A DNA stretch of 63,328 nt, filler included, from Nemertoderma westbladi (taxonomy: Eukaryota; Animalia; Xenacoelomorpha): the NCBI GenBank assembly GCA_032718475.1. It is 4 parts of 4 records of this genome, joined end to end, with 100 filler letters (N's around TTAATTAATTAA, not from the genome) between each part and the next. Parts side by side here need not be neighbours in the genome. Positions count along the whole stretch, not along the records: positions 24,221 to 41,836 come from JAUCBJ010004509.1; positions 41,937 to 55,882 come from JAUCBJ010008881.1; 2 more parts are not named here. The stretch is one strand, 5' to 3'. Both the position numbers and the translations under genes were made by a program. Shown here one piece after another: positions 41,235 to 54,269 of this stretch; positions within the stretch are counted from its first letter, which is position 1; every line of letters starts with the position of its first letter. Under the pieces are notes generated by a model. The model was not told the origin of the DNA. It saw only the letters and a list, made by a program, of their open reading frames with translations, and made no database searches.

Positions 41235-41836
41235 AGCTTTCGATAGCTCTCTCTATCTTTTTCAAATAAACGGTATTCTAGAATTATTGCACTACAAATA
41301 ATAATACTACCCTAGCAACTAATGAGTTAGTTAAATCTGTGAATCTTTAATCTTTATAATTCTTAAGGATTGAAAACATCAAGTCCAAAGTTATTGATCA
41401 CCGCCTCGTTGAGAACATTCAAACCCATCGGTTGTAAAGTTTCCAACCGGCCCTGCCAGTCTCCCTCTTTAATTCTGAGTTTTTGTCGGTTCAGTTTTTT
41501 GTTTGCTGAGATTGGTAGACAATCAAATGGTGTAATTCTGAAGTGTGCGTTGTAAGAATGACCCGAGTTAGTAAAATGTATGTCGATGGCAGTCGATGGT
41601 TTGTCGTTAATTATCTTTGTCTTGTAGTTGGCTATCCTAGGCTTTAAGTCCTCTGTTGAACCGATACCAAATAAGTTTCTTTTTGGAGTAGTCATAAATT
41701 GGAAGTTGTAACTCGCCGCGCACCAACCTTAAAGAATATCCTTGCGCCATCCAGACTGAGGTGTACAAGGGAACTTTCACCTTGTGATTTTCTAGGAGTT
41801 CATAAATGTGACAGAGCGGCATGTGTCCCCTGTAAA
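41235..41836. mobile_element. Penelope-like element fragment (GIY-YIG C-terminus on minus, upstream Zn-linker inverted on plus)
   Basis: Minus: IGST..RIANYK..HF..HS..KEGDWQGRLETLQPMGLN; plus: RRAPTLKNILAPS..KCDRAACVPC. Confidence 0.8.
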
Positions 41837-41936
41837 NNNNNNNNNNNNNNNNNNNNNNNNNNNNNNNNNNNNNNNNNNNNTTAATTAATTAANNNNNNNN
41901 NNNNNNNNNNNNNNNNNNNNNNNNNNNNNNNNNNNN
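41837..41936. other. artificial contig linker
   Basis: N run containing TTAATTAATTAA. Confidence 0.97.
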
Positions 41937-41943
41937 GGTGACC

Positions 41944-42961
41944 TAGGGTTTGGGCCAGAAAGGTCATCAGGAAAGGGACTCAAAGAATTGTTTGCCGCTC
42001 TCTCTCCAGTAGGGGGTGAGACAGGCAGCCGGTCAGGAGATAACTGACGCCTGTGAGGCCGATTGTGTCCAGTCATTCCACTGGCCTCTAGTGGCTGGAC
42101 CTCCGCATTACTAATGTAATCCATAGTGGGGGTTGGGGGGTGTTTTTTTGCCGAGTCAGCTCTCGGGGCAAATACCACACCCTGGTTTGCCATTCCACAG
42201 GGTGGGTGTCGCAGTGGAGTCAGATATGAGGCCCATCACCCATATCTACTCTGGCGCACATGACCCACAATTGTCTGTGCAGCTCATCTGCTGGGTCATG
42301 CCCTGTACCCCTGCTGCCAGGTGCAGGTCGCAGTAAAGTGCACTCAGAGTGGACATGAGAACACTCTACTCCTGACCAAGCCATTGGTAGATCACCATCT
42401 GCCTTTCCAGGCCATATACCCCTGCAGCCAAGTATATGGGTCCTTAATCCAGGACCAAAGGCGTCCTTATCCCAGAACAATGGGGGCCCTAGTTACAGGA
42501 CCAGATTTGCCCTAGTAGGAGGGTCTATGCAGCTACAGGTGGCACCTCCTTTATGCTGCATGGAGGTGGCAAGTTTTCTTGATCAATGACCTAGAATACC
42601 TGACCTGACAACCGTCAATCTAGTCTAGTGACTTGCCTCAGATTCACCAATGGCTTTGTTGGTCGGGGTGGAACATGAGAGTAGCCTCCAACTCCGGAAT
42701 CCCTCCCCCCCTCACAATCTGGCCTCCCTGGTTACCCATGGTTTGGGCCAGAAAGGTCATCAGGAAAGGGACTTAAAGAATTGTTGGCTGCTCTCTCTCC
42801 AGTAGGGGGTGAGACAGACAGCCGGTCAGGAGATAACTGAGCCTGTGAGTCCGATTGTGTCCGGTAATTCCACTGGCCTCTGCCTCTAGTAGCTGGACCT
42901 CCGCATTACTAATGTAATCCATAGTAGTGGGGGTTGGGGGGTGCTTTTTTGCCGAGTCAGC
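41944..42961. repeat. diverged direct repeat of about 220 bp (41944-42161 and 42740-42961)
   Basis: Both start GGTTTGGGCCAGAAAGGTCATCAGGAAAGGGAC and give near-identical minus-strand peptides (ADSAKKHPPTPT). Confidence 0.85.
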
Positions 42962-43881
42962 ACTTGTAGCAACTACTGCACAGTAAATACTGCAAGCACA
43001 ATGCATTACAATTCCCATTATCTATTTTTTACATTAATCCATTTTGTTTATCCATTATGTCAACTTAACAGCGTTCCGGTGAAATACTCGCAACGCTGCA
43101 AAGTACTACTTTGCAGCGTTGCGGCCTATAGGACGGAACGCTGCCAAGTAATCAATGACATGGAAACAACTTCAATTACCGTATTCCAGAATGTATTATT
43201 TCCATTTATGTTAATGATTGCTGCTTTATTATCCAGTTTGCAGTGACGGGACTAGCTACTGTATGTAAATAATTGTTTAACGTGTACTGTAATCCATTAT
43301 GGCGAAACGTCCAATAGAAGACAATAAAATAACCAAAGAAAGTGACGACAGTGTTCAGTAAAACTGAACGGACACAGACGGTGAATAAGTGTGCTTCAGT
43401 CGACTTTAGTCAAGATGGATTAATGATTTATCACATCCAAGCAGGAGATAACTTCCAATAAACTTTAATTAGATTTAAATGTATAATTAATACTGTGTAC
43501 CTGTTAATTAATTTCACTTATATTCGATAGAGTACATGATTAAAATGTATAAATATCCATAAAATCCTTTCTTCACATACCGAACGCTGATAAGTTGACA
43601 TAATGTAACAAAATTACATACATCATTGCTTGCAAAGGTCACTTTTCAGCGTTAAAGACCCTTGTTTAGTTAAGTAAACCTCCATCGCTGCGCTTGCTCG
43701 GTACATAAATAAACTCAGGTCATAACGGTGCAAAGTGCTACGCCTAGAACACAGCGTATTGGCGCTATATAAATACTTATTATTATTATTATTATTACTT
43801 TGCCCACAATGATGCAAATAGTTATTAAATACCTGTGATATATTTAATGATTTATTGTACCAGTATAAATACAATATTTAG

Positions 43882-44031
43882 CAACTCACGTGGTTATCCA
43901 TTACGGTGGCGGTAATGAACTCTATGTGAACGCCGAATGTCTGTTGGAGAACATTATCCAGTACATTGCTGAAACATTGCACGTTGATCCCAGAGAATTG
44001 GAACTGTGTTGTATCGAGGATCCTTATATGG
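43882..44031 (+). CDS. exon of a probable CXorf65/C22orf15-like protein
   Basis: tttag| acceptor; THVVIHYGGGNELYVNAECLLENIIQYIAE..ELCC resembles the family N-terminus (I.hG...LVN..C...L..Y); phase-1 donor G|gtcagt. Confidence 0.6.
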
Positions 44032-44437
44032 GTCAGTTAAGTCATTATATTAATTAATTTATTAATTACAACAAATTGTTATACACTGTGGCAGTAATCA
44101 TTTAATTCAGTGAAACCCCCCCACCCCCCTCCAAAAAAATGGTTCTACAAATTTTAAGCAATTGTATGAAATTTGAAGCAGAGATTACAGTCACGGATGT
44201 TAAGTGTATTTTTATAATTTTTTTCATTTATGATCTTTTATAATAAATGACATTTTCGATATTTTTAGCGAATTGTTATTTTATTATGGAATTACTAAGA
44301 AACTCAAAAGTAGTGAGAAAATATACTCTAACCATCCACAGGCATGTAACTCTAGAAACGGAAATTATGACATTGTCAATATGGAGTGAGGAACGCCACA
44401 TACCGGTACTCTACGGAGCTTATTTTGTTCCATTACA

Positions 44438-44636
44438 GTAGACAAGGGCTGGATGGCAGTGAGGAACGCCCCAACTGTAGACAAGGGTTGGATGGCAGTA
44501 AGGAACGCCCCAACTGTAGACAAGGGTTGGATGGCAGTGAGGAACGCCCCAACTGTAGACAAGGGTTGGATGGCAGTGAGGAACGCCCCAACTGTAGACA
44601 AGGGTTGGATGGCAGTGAGGAACGCCCCAACTGTAA
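44438..44636. repeat. 39-bp tandem repeat, 5 copies
   Basis: GTAGACAAGGGTTGGATGGCAGTGAGGAACGCCCCAACT. Confidence 0.95.
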
Positions 44637-44783
44637 CACTTGACACTGAATACATTATAAACGTTATTTTAATGTTATTTTATGATCTTGTATATCAAAG
44701 AACAAATCAGTTTTTAAAAAAATGTTATTTTAGCATCCCTGATTACAGTCTACTATTATCTATATATACAGTATGTTTGCAAT

Positions 44784-45310
44784 TGTAATGGATTTCTCGT
44801 GCTCCTTGGCACGATAAGCTCCTAAAATTGCTTTGAATCTCTAAAAAGTTCCAAGGAGTGTTATATCTTGCTTATTGTTTTGGTTTTCCGGCTGACATAA
44901 AATATTTCCCACTAGAACACGGTCCTTCAATGACTTGTTATTTACGGACATCCACAACCTTTCAGTATAGTGCTAAAAAACAGTGATTTTCTGTTCTTCC
45001 CAAGATGTACTGTATATTGTTCCCTTCTGGCATATAAAAATAGTGTACTGTAACACCATAGAAAAACCTCTGGGATGAGGAAAGAGGAGTAACCGGGTGA
45101 GGGGTGCTTTGGGTCGGTTAGGATCCATGGTATAGCCTCAAAATAATCAAAAACATAAAGAAAATACAGTATTTTTAATCGTTTCGTTATGCTAAAAATA
45201 CACTGGAAAAAATATATATGAGAAAAGGGCAAAAAGGCAAAAGTCGCAGAACGTCGTAATAAACTTGGTGCAGCTTCACGCTATTGGAACTTGGCGATAG
45301 TGCAGGAACA
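44784..45310. mobile_element. LTR-like repeat, copy 1 (527 bp)
   Basis: TGTAATGG..GAACA ends; highly similar to 49669-50195; no target duplication found. Confidence 0.7.
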
Positions 45311-46125
45311 CAGACGTTCCTGGCGAGTATCGGTATGAGGATGGGGAAGAGTTGACGGCGAGATATCCGAAGAGATGCCCAGAAGAGACGCCGATCCAAC
45401 TGAGAAGTATACTGATACCAGGGAGATTGAACAAGAAGATAAGGAGGAAAAGGAAGAAACATAACAGGGTTGATCCAAAGGGGGAGGAGTCGAGGATAAA
45501 GGATGATGAAGGGATAATGGGAAAGTTAGAGGAGACGTGTTGAATACGGGACTGGCAGAGTGCGAGGGGGCATTAAAATATGTCAAACCATTTTGCGTAC
45601 CAAATGAAGACCAAGGGTCATCGGGGGCTTTAACGCCGGCTCACATATTGAGGGGGAGGCCAGCAGAGGTGGAAAGTACCAGTGACGATGAAATGAAGGG
45701 TGGCATTCTGCCGCCAAAAAACGATGACAAATTCTGTGAGATAACGGGAAGGTCGGACCTGAGACAGGAGAAGAGCGGCCAGATGACAGGCCGCCAGATC
45801 TGATGTCAGTGGGCCAGATGTGGACATGAAACCTACCGATGAAAAGACAACCAAGGGTAGCATTCGACTACAAAAGAGGGATTTTATGAAGAGATGACGA
45901 GTCTCCAGGATGAAGACTTCTATGGCAGCAGGGGGCATTCTACTACCGAATGCTACCCCGGTGAGGACGGAAAGATCAGATCCGTGGAAGTCGGAATCGG
46001 AGGGAAAATTGGGGCCAAAGATAGGAAGACCTACAGGAGGGCGGTAGGGAAGTGTTGCCTATTGGAGGGAGCGCCCTAATTACTTGAGTCGTCCAATAAA
46101 TTGGACTGAGGGGGGTGGGAATGAG
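45311..46125 (+). mobile_element. degraded BEL/Pao integrase C-terminus and polypurine tract
   Basis: ALTPAHILRGRP and YPGEDGKIRSVEV..YRRAVGKCCLL motifs; GAGGGGGGTGGGAA tract near 46108-46121. Confidence 0.75.
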
Positions 46126-46441
46126 GGCGAGACGCCCTTCCCACACACAAATAAAAATAATAAAATAAAAAATATAAATATAGTACCAAGGTACATTTTT
46201 TAGGTAGAGATTATGTACGTCTGATGGATGTACCATATACGATGTACGGATGTACATAGTTTACATATGCACCAAATGCCGGGTCAATGGGACCAATATC
46301 AGTAGAAGGGTACATAGTACCATAGTGAGGATTGGAAGGGTATACATTGCGTACGTCTGATAGGCACAATGTGCCAACGTACGTAATAAATACCAAACGC
46401 TTAATAAAATCAAGACTGATCCTAATAAGCTTAACCAATGT

Positions 46442-46675
46442 TTGGAATCGATGGGCAAATGCATTAACAGCGGAAAGTTTGAAAAGGTTCCTAATGAACA
46501 GTTACATGGTATACCAGGAAAGGTATGGTACATTCCTGTATTTGCTGTTACACAACCGAAAAAAGATAAAGTTCGGGTAGTATTTGATAGCTCGGCTTCA
46601 TATTTTGGCACAATCCTGAATAAAGAATTACTAAAGGGGCCAGACCAAAATAATCAATTACGAGATGTGTTACTA
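46442..46675 (+). mobile_element. BEL/Pao reverse transcriptase N-terminal fragment
   Basis: WYIPVFAV..KKDKVRVVFDSSA..LNKELLKGPD..N.LRDVLL. Confidence 0.85.
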
Positions 46676-47400
46676 CTACTACTAGGATCGGCATGCTGCA
46701 TTGCAGCTGCATTTTTAAGAATGCTGTGCCGGCTTGTCAACAAAATTGCACCGCCACAACTCCCTGTCACCCATGACATTTGCTAGATCATCCGCATCTT
46801 TAAGGCCAGTGTCCTTTAAGATGCGTCTCAAGAAAGTCATGGGCTGTCCACCATGCTTATTCACTCCATGAGGCTGCCAAAGTACAAGATTATGCACTGG
46901 CTGGTCCTCACGGCGAAAGCAATGTCCTGCAAAGCGGAGGCGATTTTGTTCTAGTGTCAAGCTTGGGGGAACCAATGAGACACCTCCAATGTTATATAGT
47001 GTCTGGTTGGAGATGTGTGCATTGTACTTGACACAATGTACCCGGCGTAGCATTCTTGTGAATGTGCCATCCAGAGATTTGGTGTCTTCAGCAGTTAGAG
47101 CCCAGCATGGACTCCCGTAGAGGAGTACTGGAACTACTGCTGCTCTAAATAATCGGACCTTAAGTTTCCGATTAATTCTAGGTGACTTCCAAATCCTGGA
47201 AAGCCTATTCAAGGCTGCCCATGCCTTTCCCTTACGTATTCGAAGGTCCTCACCTGACTTCCGGATCCATGATCCCAGGTAACAGAAGTCGTCCACATGC
47301 TCAAGCATACCATCCTTTGAGCTTATGCTCATCCGATCAGAGACTTGCTGAGGACTTTCAAAGTTAACTGTCAGAATTTTGGTCTTTCTGGAGTTGAGTA
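46672..47400 (-). mobile_element. 5'-truncated RTE-type LINE with (TAG)n tail
   Basis: VDDFCYLGS, KAWAALNRLSRIWKS, LKVRLFRAAVVPVLLYGS, RLRFAGHC.R motifs; tail at 46672-46685. Confidence 0.85.
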
Positions 47401-47641
47401 GTAGGTAGAGTAATAGCACATTAGTTGAGTAACACAGCACTGAAAAATCTGAGGTAAATTGGCACATAAAGGGGAATATTTGTACGAAACATTGGCAGAA
47501 TGCAGATAGGAGGTAGGCCATCACTGATTTAAACTAATTAAGACCATACTTAGTTATCTCTGGCCATACTGAGCCTTTCTAAGGCACCACCAGTCTGGTG
47601 AGAGACGAGAATCGTGATGGTGGAGAAGCTAGTGAAGAAGT

Positions 47642-48145
47642 TTGTCGAATTCCGTGGAGAGGGGTGGATATATGGTCCTGGATGACGTGGGGACAGTAGA
47701 GGATGACGGTGGGACAAGAAAGGGGTCCGGAGGGTCGGGTAGAACTATATTGCTGCATTTAGTGGCGCTGAACGGAGATATTTTTCTGTTTGACCTAGCG
47801 ACCTATGGTAAGAAGAGCGGGCCAAAGCTGAACCGTCTACCGGATGCGGTGCAGAAGCTAGTAAGGTCAATGACTAAGATCGAGATTGGATTGGAGAAAC
47901 GCTACGGAGTGGAGAGGATTATTGGACCAGGCACCCCGAATCTTCTGGACATGCAGGTAGTCTACATGGCTATGACGAAACCGGATGGATTAGGATTGGT
48001 GGATAACATGGGACAATACGGAGCCATGGTGATGGGTCAGTTGACGGGACTCGTGTGCCACAAGCCGATGGAGTGGAACAAGTTTCGAGAGGAATACGGG
48101 GCGGGACTTGCGAATTCACTCAAGTGGGGAGCGAGACGGGGGTGA
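47642..48145 (+). pseudogene. possible DEDDy 3'-5' exonuclease-like remnant in retroelement debris
   Basis: TILLHLVALNGDIFLFDL..LPDAVQKLV..KIEIG..LLDMQ resembles the WRN/EXD-type fold; catalytic motifs are not clean. Confidence 0.4.
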
Positions 48146-49668
48146 GACGAGCTATCACTTCCGAAAGGGGGCAATTAAGACACGTCGTATAGACGAATAT
48201 ATAATATATGTACTATAGTCAGGTATAACGTTTTCAAATTAGCTACTGGGACTGGGGACTAATTAACTAAAACAGGAGGACGAGACATTGGACGGACCTT
48301 ACTTCTTAAGTGCGACGGCACAAACGAGAATGTGAGGCCCAACGAAAGTGAGTGAGAATGAAACGGGTTGAGTATGAGAGAAGCATGGGGAGAAGGTGCT
48401 AGTGTTTGGGAGAGAGTAGAAAGTGCAAGATCCAAGTGTGGGAGCGAGCATAGATGAAGATGAGTCCTATGGGACTAGTGAGCGAGGAGAATGGACAAAA
48501 CAGAGTCTGAGATAAAATTGTGCGAGGAGAGAGGGCGATCGTCTAAATAGAGATGCCAGATGCCTTGGTGCAGCTTAGCTCGCAGATGTACCAAGGATGG
48601 GTAGTGAAAATATACCCAGGGGGCCAGCCTGGAAAGCTGGCCCCGAGAAGAGAAATCCACCCCACATCCAATACTAGATTGGATTCCAGCGGAATTGGAG
48701 CGCACTAAAGGTTGATGTTATCTTCTCACCGGGAAGATAGCATGGGGGGGAGTGTAAGCGGATCCAATTCGCGCTGCACTACCTAGTGGAAAATGGGGAA
48801 AGTGGCCTTTTACCAATTACAGTTGGCTAGGTGACATTATCAATATAATGTCACCTAACAACCAACGAAGGCAATATACACTGCCAGCCACAAGGAGAGA
48901 TGAGAGGCTACAAGTCATCTCAGTGGGAACAAAGCTAGCACATGGGCATCAGAGAACAGGGAGTGCCAAGGGAGGGAAGAGTAGATTAGCCAATGGTGGG
49001 GCAGGTTACCATCTGATTAAGGTGTATCCATTGGCCAGGCCAAGTACTAAGTAGCAATATTCGATATGTGTTAGTAATATAACTATGTTGCCTTTATTAC
49101 CTGTTGTTCAGTTGGTTTACCAGAGTGTGGAAACAAGACGGTTTAGACCATCATCATTAACCGTGCTATTATTGTATTCTGATTGTGCTATTATTGTATT
49201 CTGACATTACGAACAACTGCCACTAAAAACTCAGTTATTCTTTCGGCCTCCGGCCTTTCAGATACCACAAGCCTTTCAGCAGCCAGCGGATGCGGCGACG
49301 CGTACTATCCAGACGAAAACATACCAGTCGGGATTCCCTCGCCAACTCGGGGATCCCACCACACACAGTCTCTTTCTTCTAATACAGATTCGTAGTCAAC
49401 TGTAATTTTTCTGCCTAGGAAATTACACTCAGACTTAGTAACCGAGTATTTTGCACTTGATATTTAAATAACTTTTTCAGCAAGCGCTACCCATGACCAT
49501 GAGGGCTGCCACAAGCCTATTATAGTTATTTAAATTTTTGAAAAACTTTAGTACCGTACACCGGTAGTGTAGGCCTATCAGGGGGACCTACATTTGGGCC
49601 GAAAAAACCACAAACAATAAATGAAATATAAAAATACTCCAGGCGGGGAGTGCTCCCAAGTTTATTAC

Positions 49669-50195
49669 TGTAATGGATTTCTCGTGCTCCTTGTCACGAT
49701 ATGCTCCTAAAACGGCTTTGAATCTCTAAAAAGTTCCAAGGAGTGTTATATCTTGCTTAATGTTTTGGTTTTCCGGCTAACATGAAATATTTCCCACTAG
49801 AACACGTTCCTTCAATGACTTGTTATTTACGGACATCCACAACCTTTCAGTATAGTGCAAAAACAGTGATTTTCTGTTCTTCCCAAGATGTGTACTGTAT
49901 ATTGTTCCCTTCTGGCATATAAAAATAGTGTACTGTAACACAATAGAAAAACCTCTGGGGTGAGGAAAAAGGAGTAACCGGGTGAGGGGTGCTTTGGGTC
50001 GGTTAGGATCCATGGTATAGCCTCAAAATAATCAAAAATATAAAGAAAATACAGTATTTTTAATCGTTTCGTTATGCTAAAAATACACTGGAAAAAATAT
50101 ATATGAGAAAAAGGGCAAAAAGGCAAAAGTCGCAGAACGTCGTAATAAACTTGGTGCAGCTTCATGCTATTGGAACTTGGCGATAGTGCAGAACA
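49669..50195. mobile_element. LTR-like repeat, copy 2
   Basis: Direct repeat of 44784-45310. Confidence 0.7.
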
Positions 50196-50331
50196 CCAGG
50201 TTACCCCGCATGAGTCCAAAAAGGGGTGGGACCGATTGGACGCAAACGGTTAGCTGTTACTTTGCCCTCAAAACTATACGGTCGATCCTGGCGAGGCTGG
50301 GTATGAACCGTATAGCCAGCGGACAGAGTGC

Positions 50332-51542
50332 TGTTCGCGCTTTTAGACCTTTAGCAGTTTAACCTGCCAATTTTAGGTGTCTTTTTGTATATCAATTATT
50401 TAATGTACTGAAGGTACATCAGCCGAAGCCAGCCTGTGCGCGACCATTCACCCACAGTTAAGGGAGACTGGATTCGGATGCTTTGATAGTGATTGCAGTG
50501 TAGACCTACTGTATTATTCGACTGATCGTTAATATATAATCTCTGACAATATATTTACTTTTGGGGAAATATTAACAGTTCCTTTAGGACGTGGCGCTTT
50601 AAGTATAAAACAGAGTTATGACTTATACTAATCACAACTGGATGGCTACTGAGTTTCGTAAAAAGCGCATTCTTTAGGAGATGCTTTATTAACCTTCACA
50701 CTACTTCACACGACTTCACACTAGTTCACACTACTGCGCACTGATCTGCCGACCGTCACTGAATTTGATCATATATAAGGAGGATCGCAACTGACACATG
50801 TAGGGATTATGAAATAGCATTCGATTCACACAAAAACCACTATAATGTAAGTCGCAGTTGCTACCGGTAAACCTGTTCCTCTAACCTTTAGTAATCAAAG
50901 AGATTGAGGGTTTTATGATTATTCATCGGTATTCTCCAAATATATCAGCAATATATACCAACATAACACAGTAACACCAATTAATAACAGAATCAAATAA
51001 TGCGGTGAACAGTCAGTATGTGTAGTTGAATGGCGTTGCGTGATGCCGCGATGTGGCGGTGTGTTGTGTGTGATGCGTTAATAGTTTTACGTTCCTTTGA
51101 TCAAAGCCATCTGATGTTTCTGAGGTTTAGGTCAAAGTCTGAAACTTCCACAGAAGTACAGAAGAATCCTAAGCCGGTGTTCTGGGCTTAGAAAGATACA
51201 CACTGACTGAATTGCGTGAGTTTCTACAGGCACTGTCCAACACAAAATGAAAATCGCTCTGATTGGTCGAGCCGAACAAAGAACAAAGAAAGCCAAAAAG
51301 CTCCACGTATCGACATATCAGCTGATAGATGTCGTCATCTGAACTACACTGTATTAAGAGTATTTTGGCGTATTGCGGCACAAAACGGCCTGCCATGTCC
51401 GCCAAAGCACACACACAGAAAAATGGCTTTTTATGTACACCAAAACACCCACACAGCAAGAAAACGGCTTTTTATGTCCGCTAAAACACTTACAGAGTAC
51501 TTTGCGGGAAAATAACTAGCTAGATCCGCAAAAGCCTTTACA
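50332..51542 (-). mobile_element. solo LTR (1211 bp), same family as 36349-37536
   Basis: Reverse complement starts TGTAAAGGCTTTTGCG and ends GCGCGAACA; 5-bp target duplication AGTGC on both sides. Confidence 0.9.
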
Positions 51543-52335
51543 AGTGCACAAGCACTACCGTAACTGATAAGCCTATAGGGACACTGCTACTTTGCCCCCA
51601 AAACTAAATAGTTGGTCCTGGGACGAACTACAGTAAGTAGCCAGTGGACAGAGTGCGCAAGCGCTCTGGGGTTAATTAGTCAGCGAAACTCAATCCTAGG
51701 CGGAATGGCGACCGCGAAGCCATATTAGGGCCTGGCCCAGCAACAAAGACGTCGTATACCTTGGAGCAGACCTCACTTCTAGGCTAATGTTTTACTGACT
51801 TTCGGAGCAGAGCTCAATTTAAGGCAGATGGTGTAAAAGACTATCTCTCTCCATCCAAATGTGGCCATTTTTAAACCCGGTGTGGGGTCAATATGGAGTT
51901 GACCCCTAATTATCACCCACACACAGTTTGCCTTTCTAGTGCAGAGGTTTTACATTCAACTCATACAAATATGATTAACACATAGCTGTTTGACTGACCA
52001 ATAACTGATTATAGATGCACGACAATATATTTTAAGGTGACTATCAATTATTCCCTGCTACAACTGTAATAGGTAGGTGAAGGTAAATGTTGGCATACTG
52101 AGGGCCAGTGAGAGAGAAGGGATGTTATTGGATTAGTATTGTATTGCAATAACTCGTAGGGGAGTAGCCGGCAATAGGCCTACTGATCAAAGTTGGGTGG
52201 ATAAGGCCGGCTAAGGATGTCTGGGATGGGATGTGTCATAATATTGGGATATTGGATATATTCTGAGATGAATATTACTTACGGTCGGTGGGGGGGGGGG
52301 GGGGGAAGTAAGGGAAGAATCGTGTAGTGAATATT

Positions 52336-52337
<2 letters not shown>

Positions 52338-52376
<39 letters not shown>

Positions 52377-52393
52377 TGTGTGTGTGTGTGTGT
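52338..52393. repeat. (GT)n microsatellite
   Basis: Direct reading. Confidence 0.95.
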
Positions 52394-52759
52394 ACTGTAC
52401 GTAGGCTCACTGCACTGCCCCCTATGCGAAACGCGACTTACATATTATTATACCGGTATAAAATATTGTATTTCAATAATTTGGATTTTGTAGGTTTGAA
52501 AATAGCAGAAAATAAATTAATGCCATTCTACGTCTACCTAGGCATTATTGTCGTGGTTTAATCCATCCGTTACCTCAAAATCAAAATCACACCCATAAAG
52601 AGTATTTTTGGATGAATAAAAACCGATTCTGTTCTGTAAAAGCAAACATTTATTAGGCATACTGTACACTAACCAGTATTTGTTTAACTTATAGTTCCAA
52701 AATAAAATACAACATCCGCTCCACCAACTCCTATTATTGGTTTGAATTCCCCTCCACAG

Positions 52760-52972
52760 CATTGGGACTAATTGATTCGAACAGAACTCGACATGGATTG
52801 GAGATATTGAGTCCCAGACAAAGTTACATACCAGTAGTCGTGAAGCAATCTGATAACCAGGATGACTCTTATCGTATAAACCCTTTGATAGAAGTAAAAT
52901 TAGTTGATATAGAAGGAGTCATTCAGTCAGTAACAAAATCATTAAAAAATATTCGGGAACGTATTCGAAGAG
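52760..52972 (+). CDS. next exon of the probable CXorf65/C22orf15-like gene
   Basis: ctccacag| acceptor in phase 1, joins exon 43882-44031 in frame (ALGLIDSNRTRHGLEILSPRQSYIPVVV..); donor G|gtgagt. Confidence 0.6.
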
Positions 52973-53188
52973 GTGAGTGTCTCAACACAACTATGTACAG
53001 TAGGTACCACTAAATCGACAAAATGTTCTACTACGCGATACCCATACAGTACCGGTATCCAGTACTAACGGTAGACGTAAAGTATCAACCAAACACTACG
53101 ATTACAACAGTAAAGGCTATATATAAGCGTCTCCAATCCACTGTAAGTAAATACTACAGTAGGCCTATACTACTACATGTACGATATC

Positions 53189-53498
53189 TAGCGAGCTCTG
53201 TTAGTGGAAATGAGATCCTTCCAAGCTTCCCGATTCTCCAACTACTACTAGAGCGAGCGAGCTCTGTTAGTGGAAATGAGATCCTTCCAGGCTTCCCGAT
53301 TCTCCAACTACTACTAGAGCGAGCGAGCTCTGTTAGTGGAAATGAGATCCTTCCAGGCTTCCCGATTCTCCAACTACTACTAGAGCGAGCGAGTTCTGTT
53401 AGTGGAAATGAGATCCTTCCAGGCTTCCCGATTCTCCAACTACTACTAGAGCGAGCGAGCTCTGTTAGTGGAAATGAGATCTTTCCAGGCTTCCCGAA
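53189..53498. repeat. 66-bp tandem repeat, about 4.7 copies
   Basis: Unit translates as ASSVSGNEILPGFPILQLLLER; lies downstream of the donor at 52973, so probably intronic. Confidence 0.93.
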
Positions 53499-53745
53499 TT
53501 AAATCCACTAAAAATATCGTATTCAATAAGCGCACATACATCTACTAACTGTATGATAAATACACATTTCCGATACATTTAGTGTAACCAATACGCATAT
53601 TCTATTTCCATTTTGGCATTTAGCATTCATAAATACGAATATGCTATCAATTTAGCGTATTATACAAACTACTGTTAAAGCATATACTGTAGTACCTTAA
53701 ATTAGAATAATAATATACACATTACGTACTGTAAATTTCGTTAAA

Positions 53746-54020
53746 TAAAGTAAAGTAAATTTTCTTCGGCCGCTAGGCCAGGGATTGCGCACAAAGTCTG
53801 ACGACCTATTTCCAGTGCGGTCCCCCCAGAACTTTACTCCCCAGAGGAAACTCCTAGTACTCATTTAGCTACCACTTAAGGATGCAAAGCAGAGATGCGC
53901 CCTGGCTCGTCCCTTTGAAGCATTCGTGCCGAAACGAAAACTGCCCTAGACTCCATGCGGGGATCGAACCCACGAACTCAGAGAGATGTGTGCATATTCA
54001 ATACAAGCACTACACCAAGG
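53746..54020 (-). mobile_element. tRNA-derived SINE with (TTTAC)n tail
   Basis: B box GGTTCGATCC on minus; body homologous to 10062-10210. Confidence 0.75.
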
Positions 54021-54269
54021 TGGAACCAATAGTCAGTTCTTCTCTCTCTAATTCACTCTTCGAAGCAGTCATCGTCAACAACACTGACTAGTTACTTAGA
54101 TATTAGCCCCTAGTAGACGCCTAAATAAAGTGTATAGTACTTAAAAATACTTATTTTATTCTTTAATTGTCAAGCTGAAGTAAAAAACCTTACCGGTAGG
54201 TATGCCAGTACAGTACGATACAAATACTAAAATAAAAAAGCAACTGACCATTAGACGTTGCATGCAATC

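Noticed and set aside
44784-50195. One intact BEL element bounded by the two 527-bp repeats
   Set aside because: No target duplication at the outer ends, and the internal fragments are out of order (integrase before RT).
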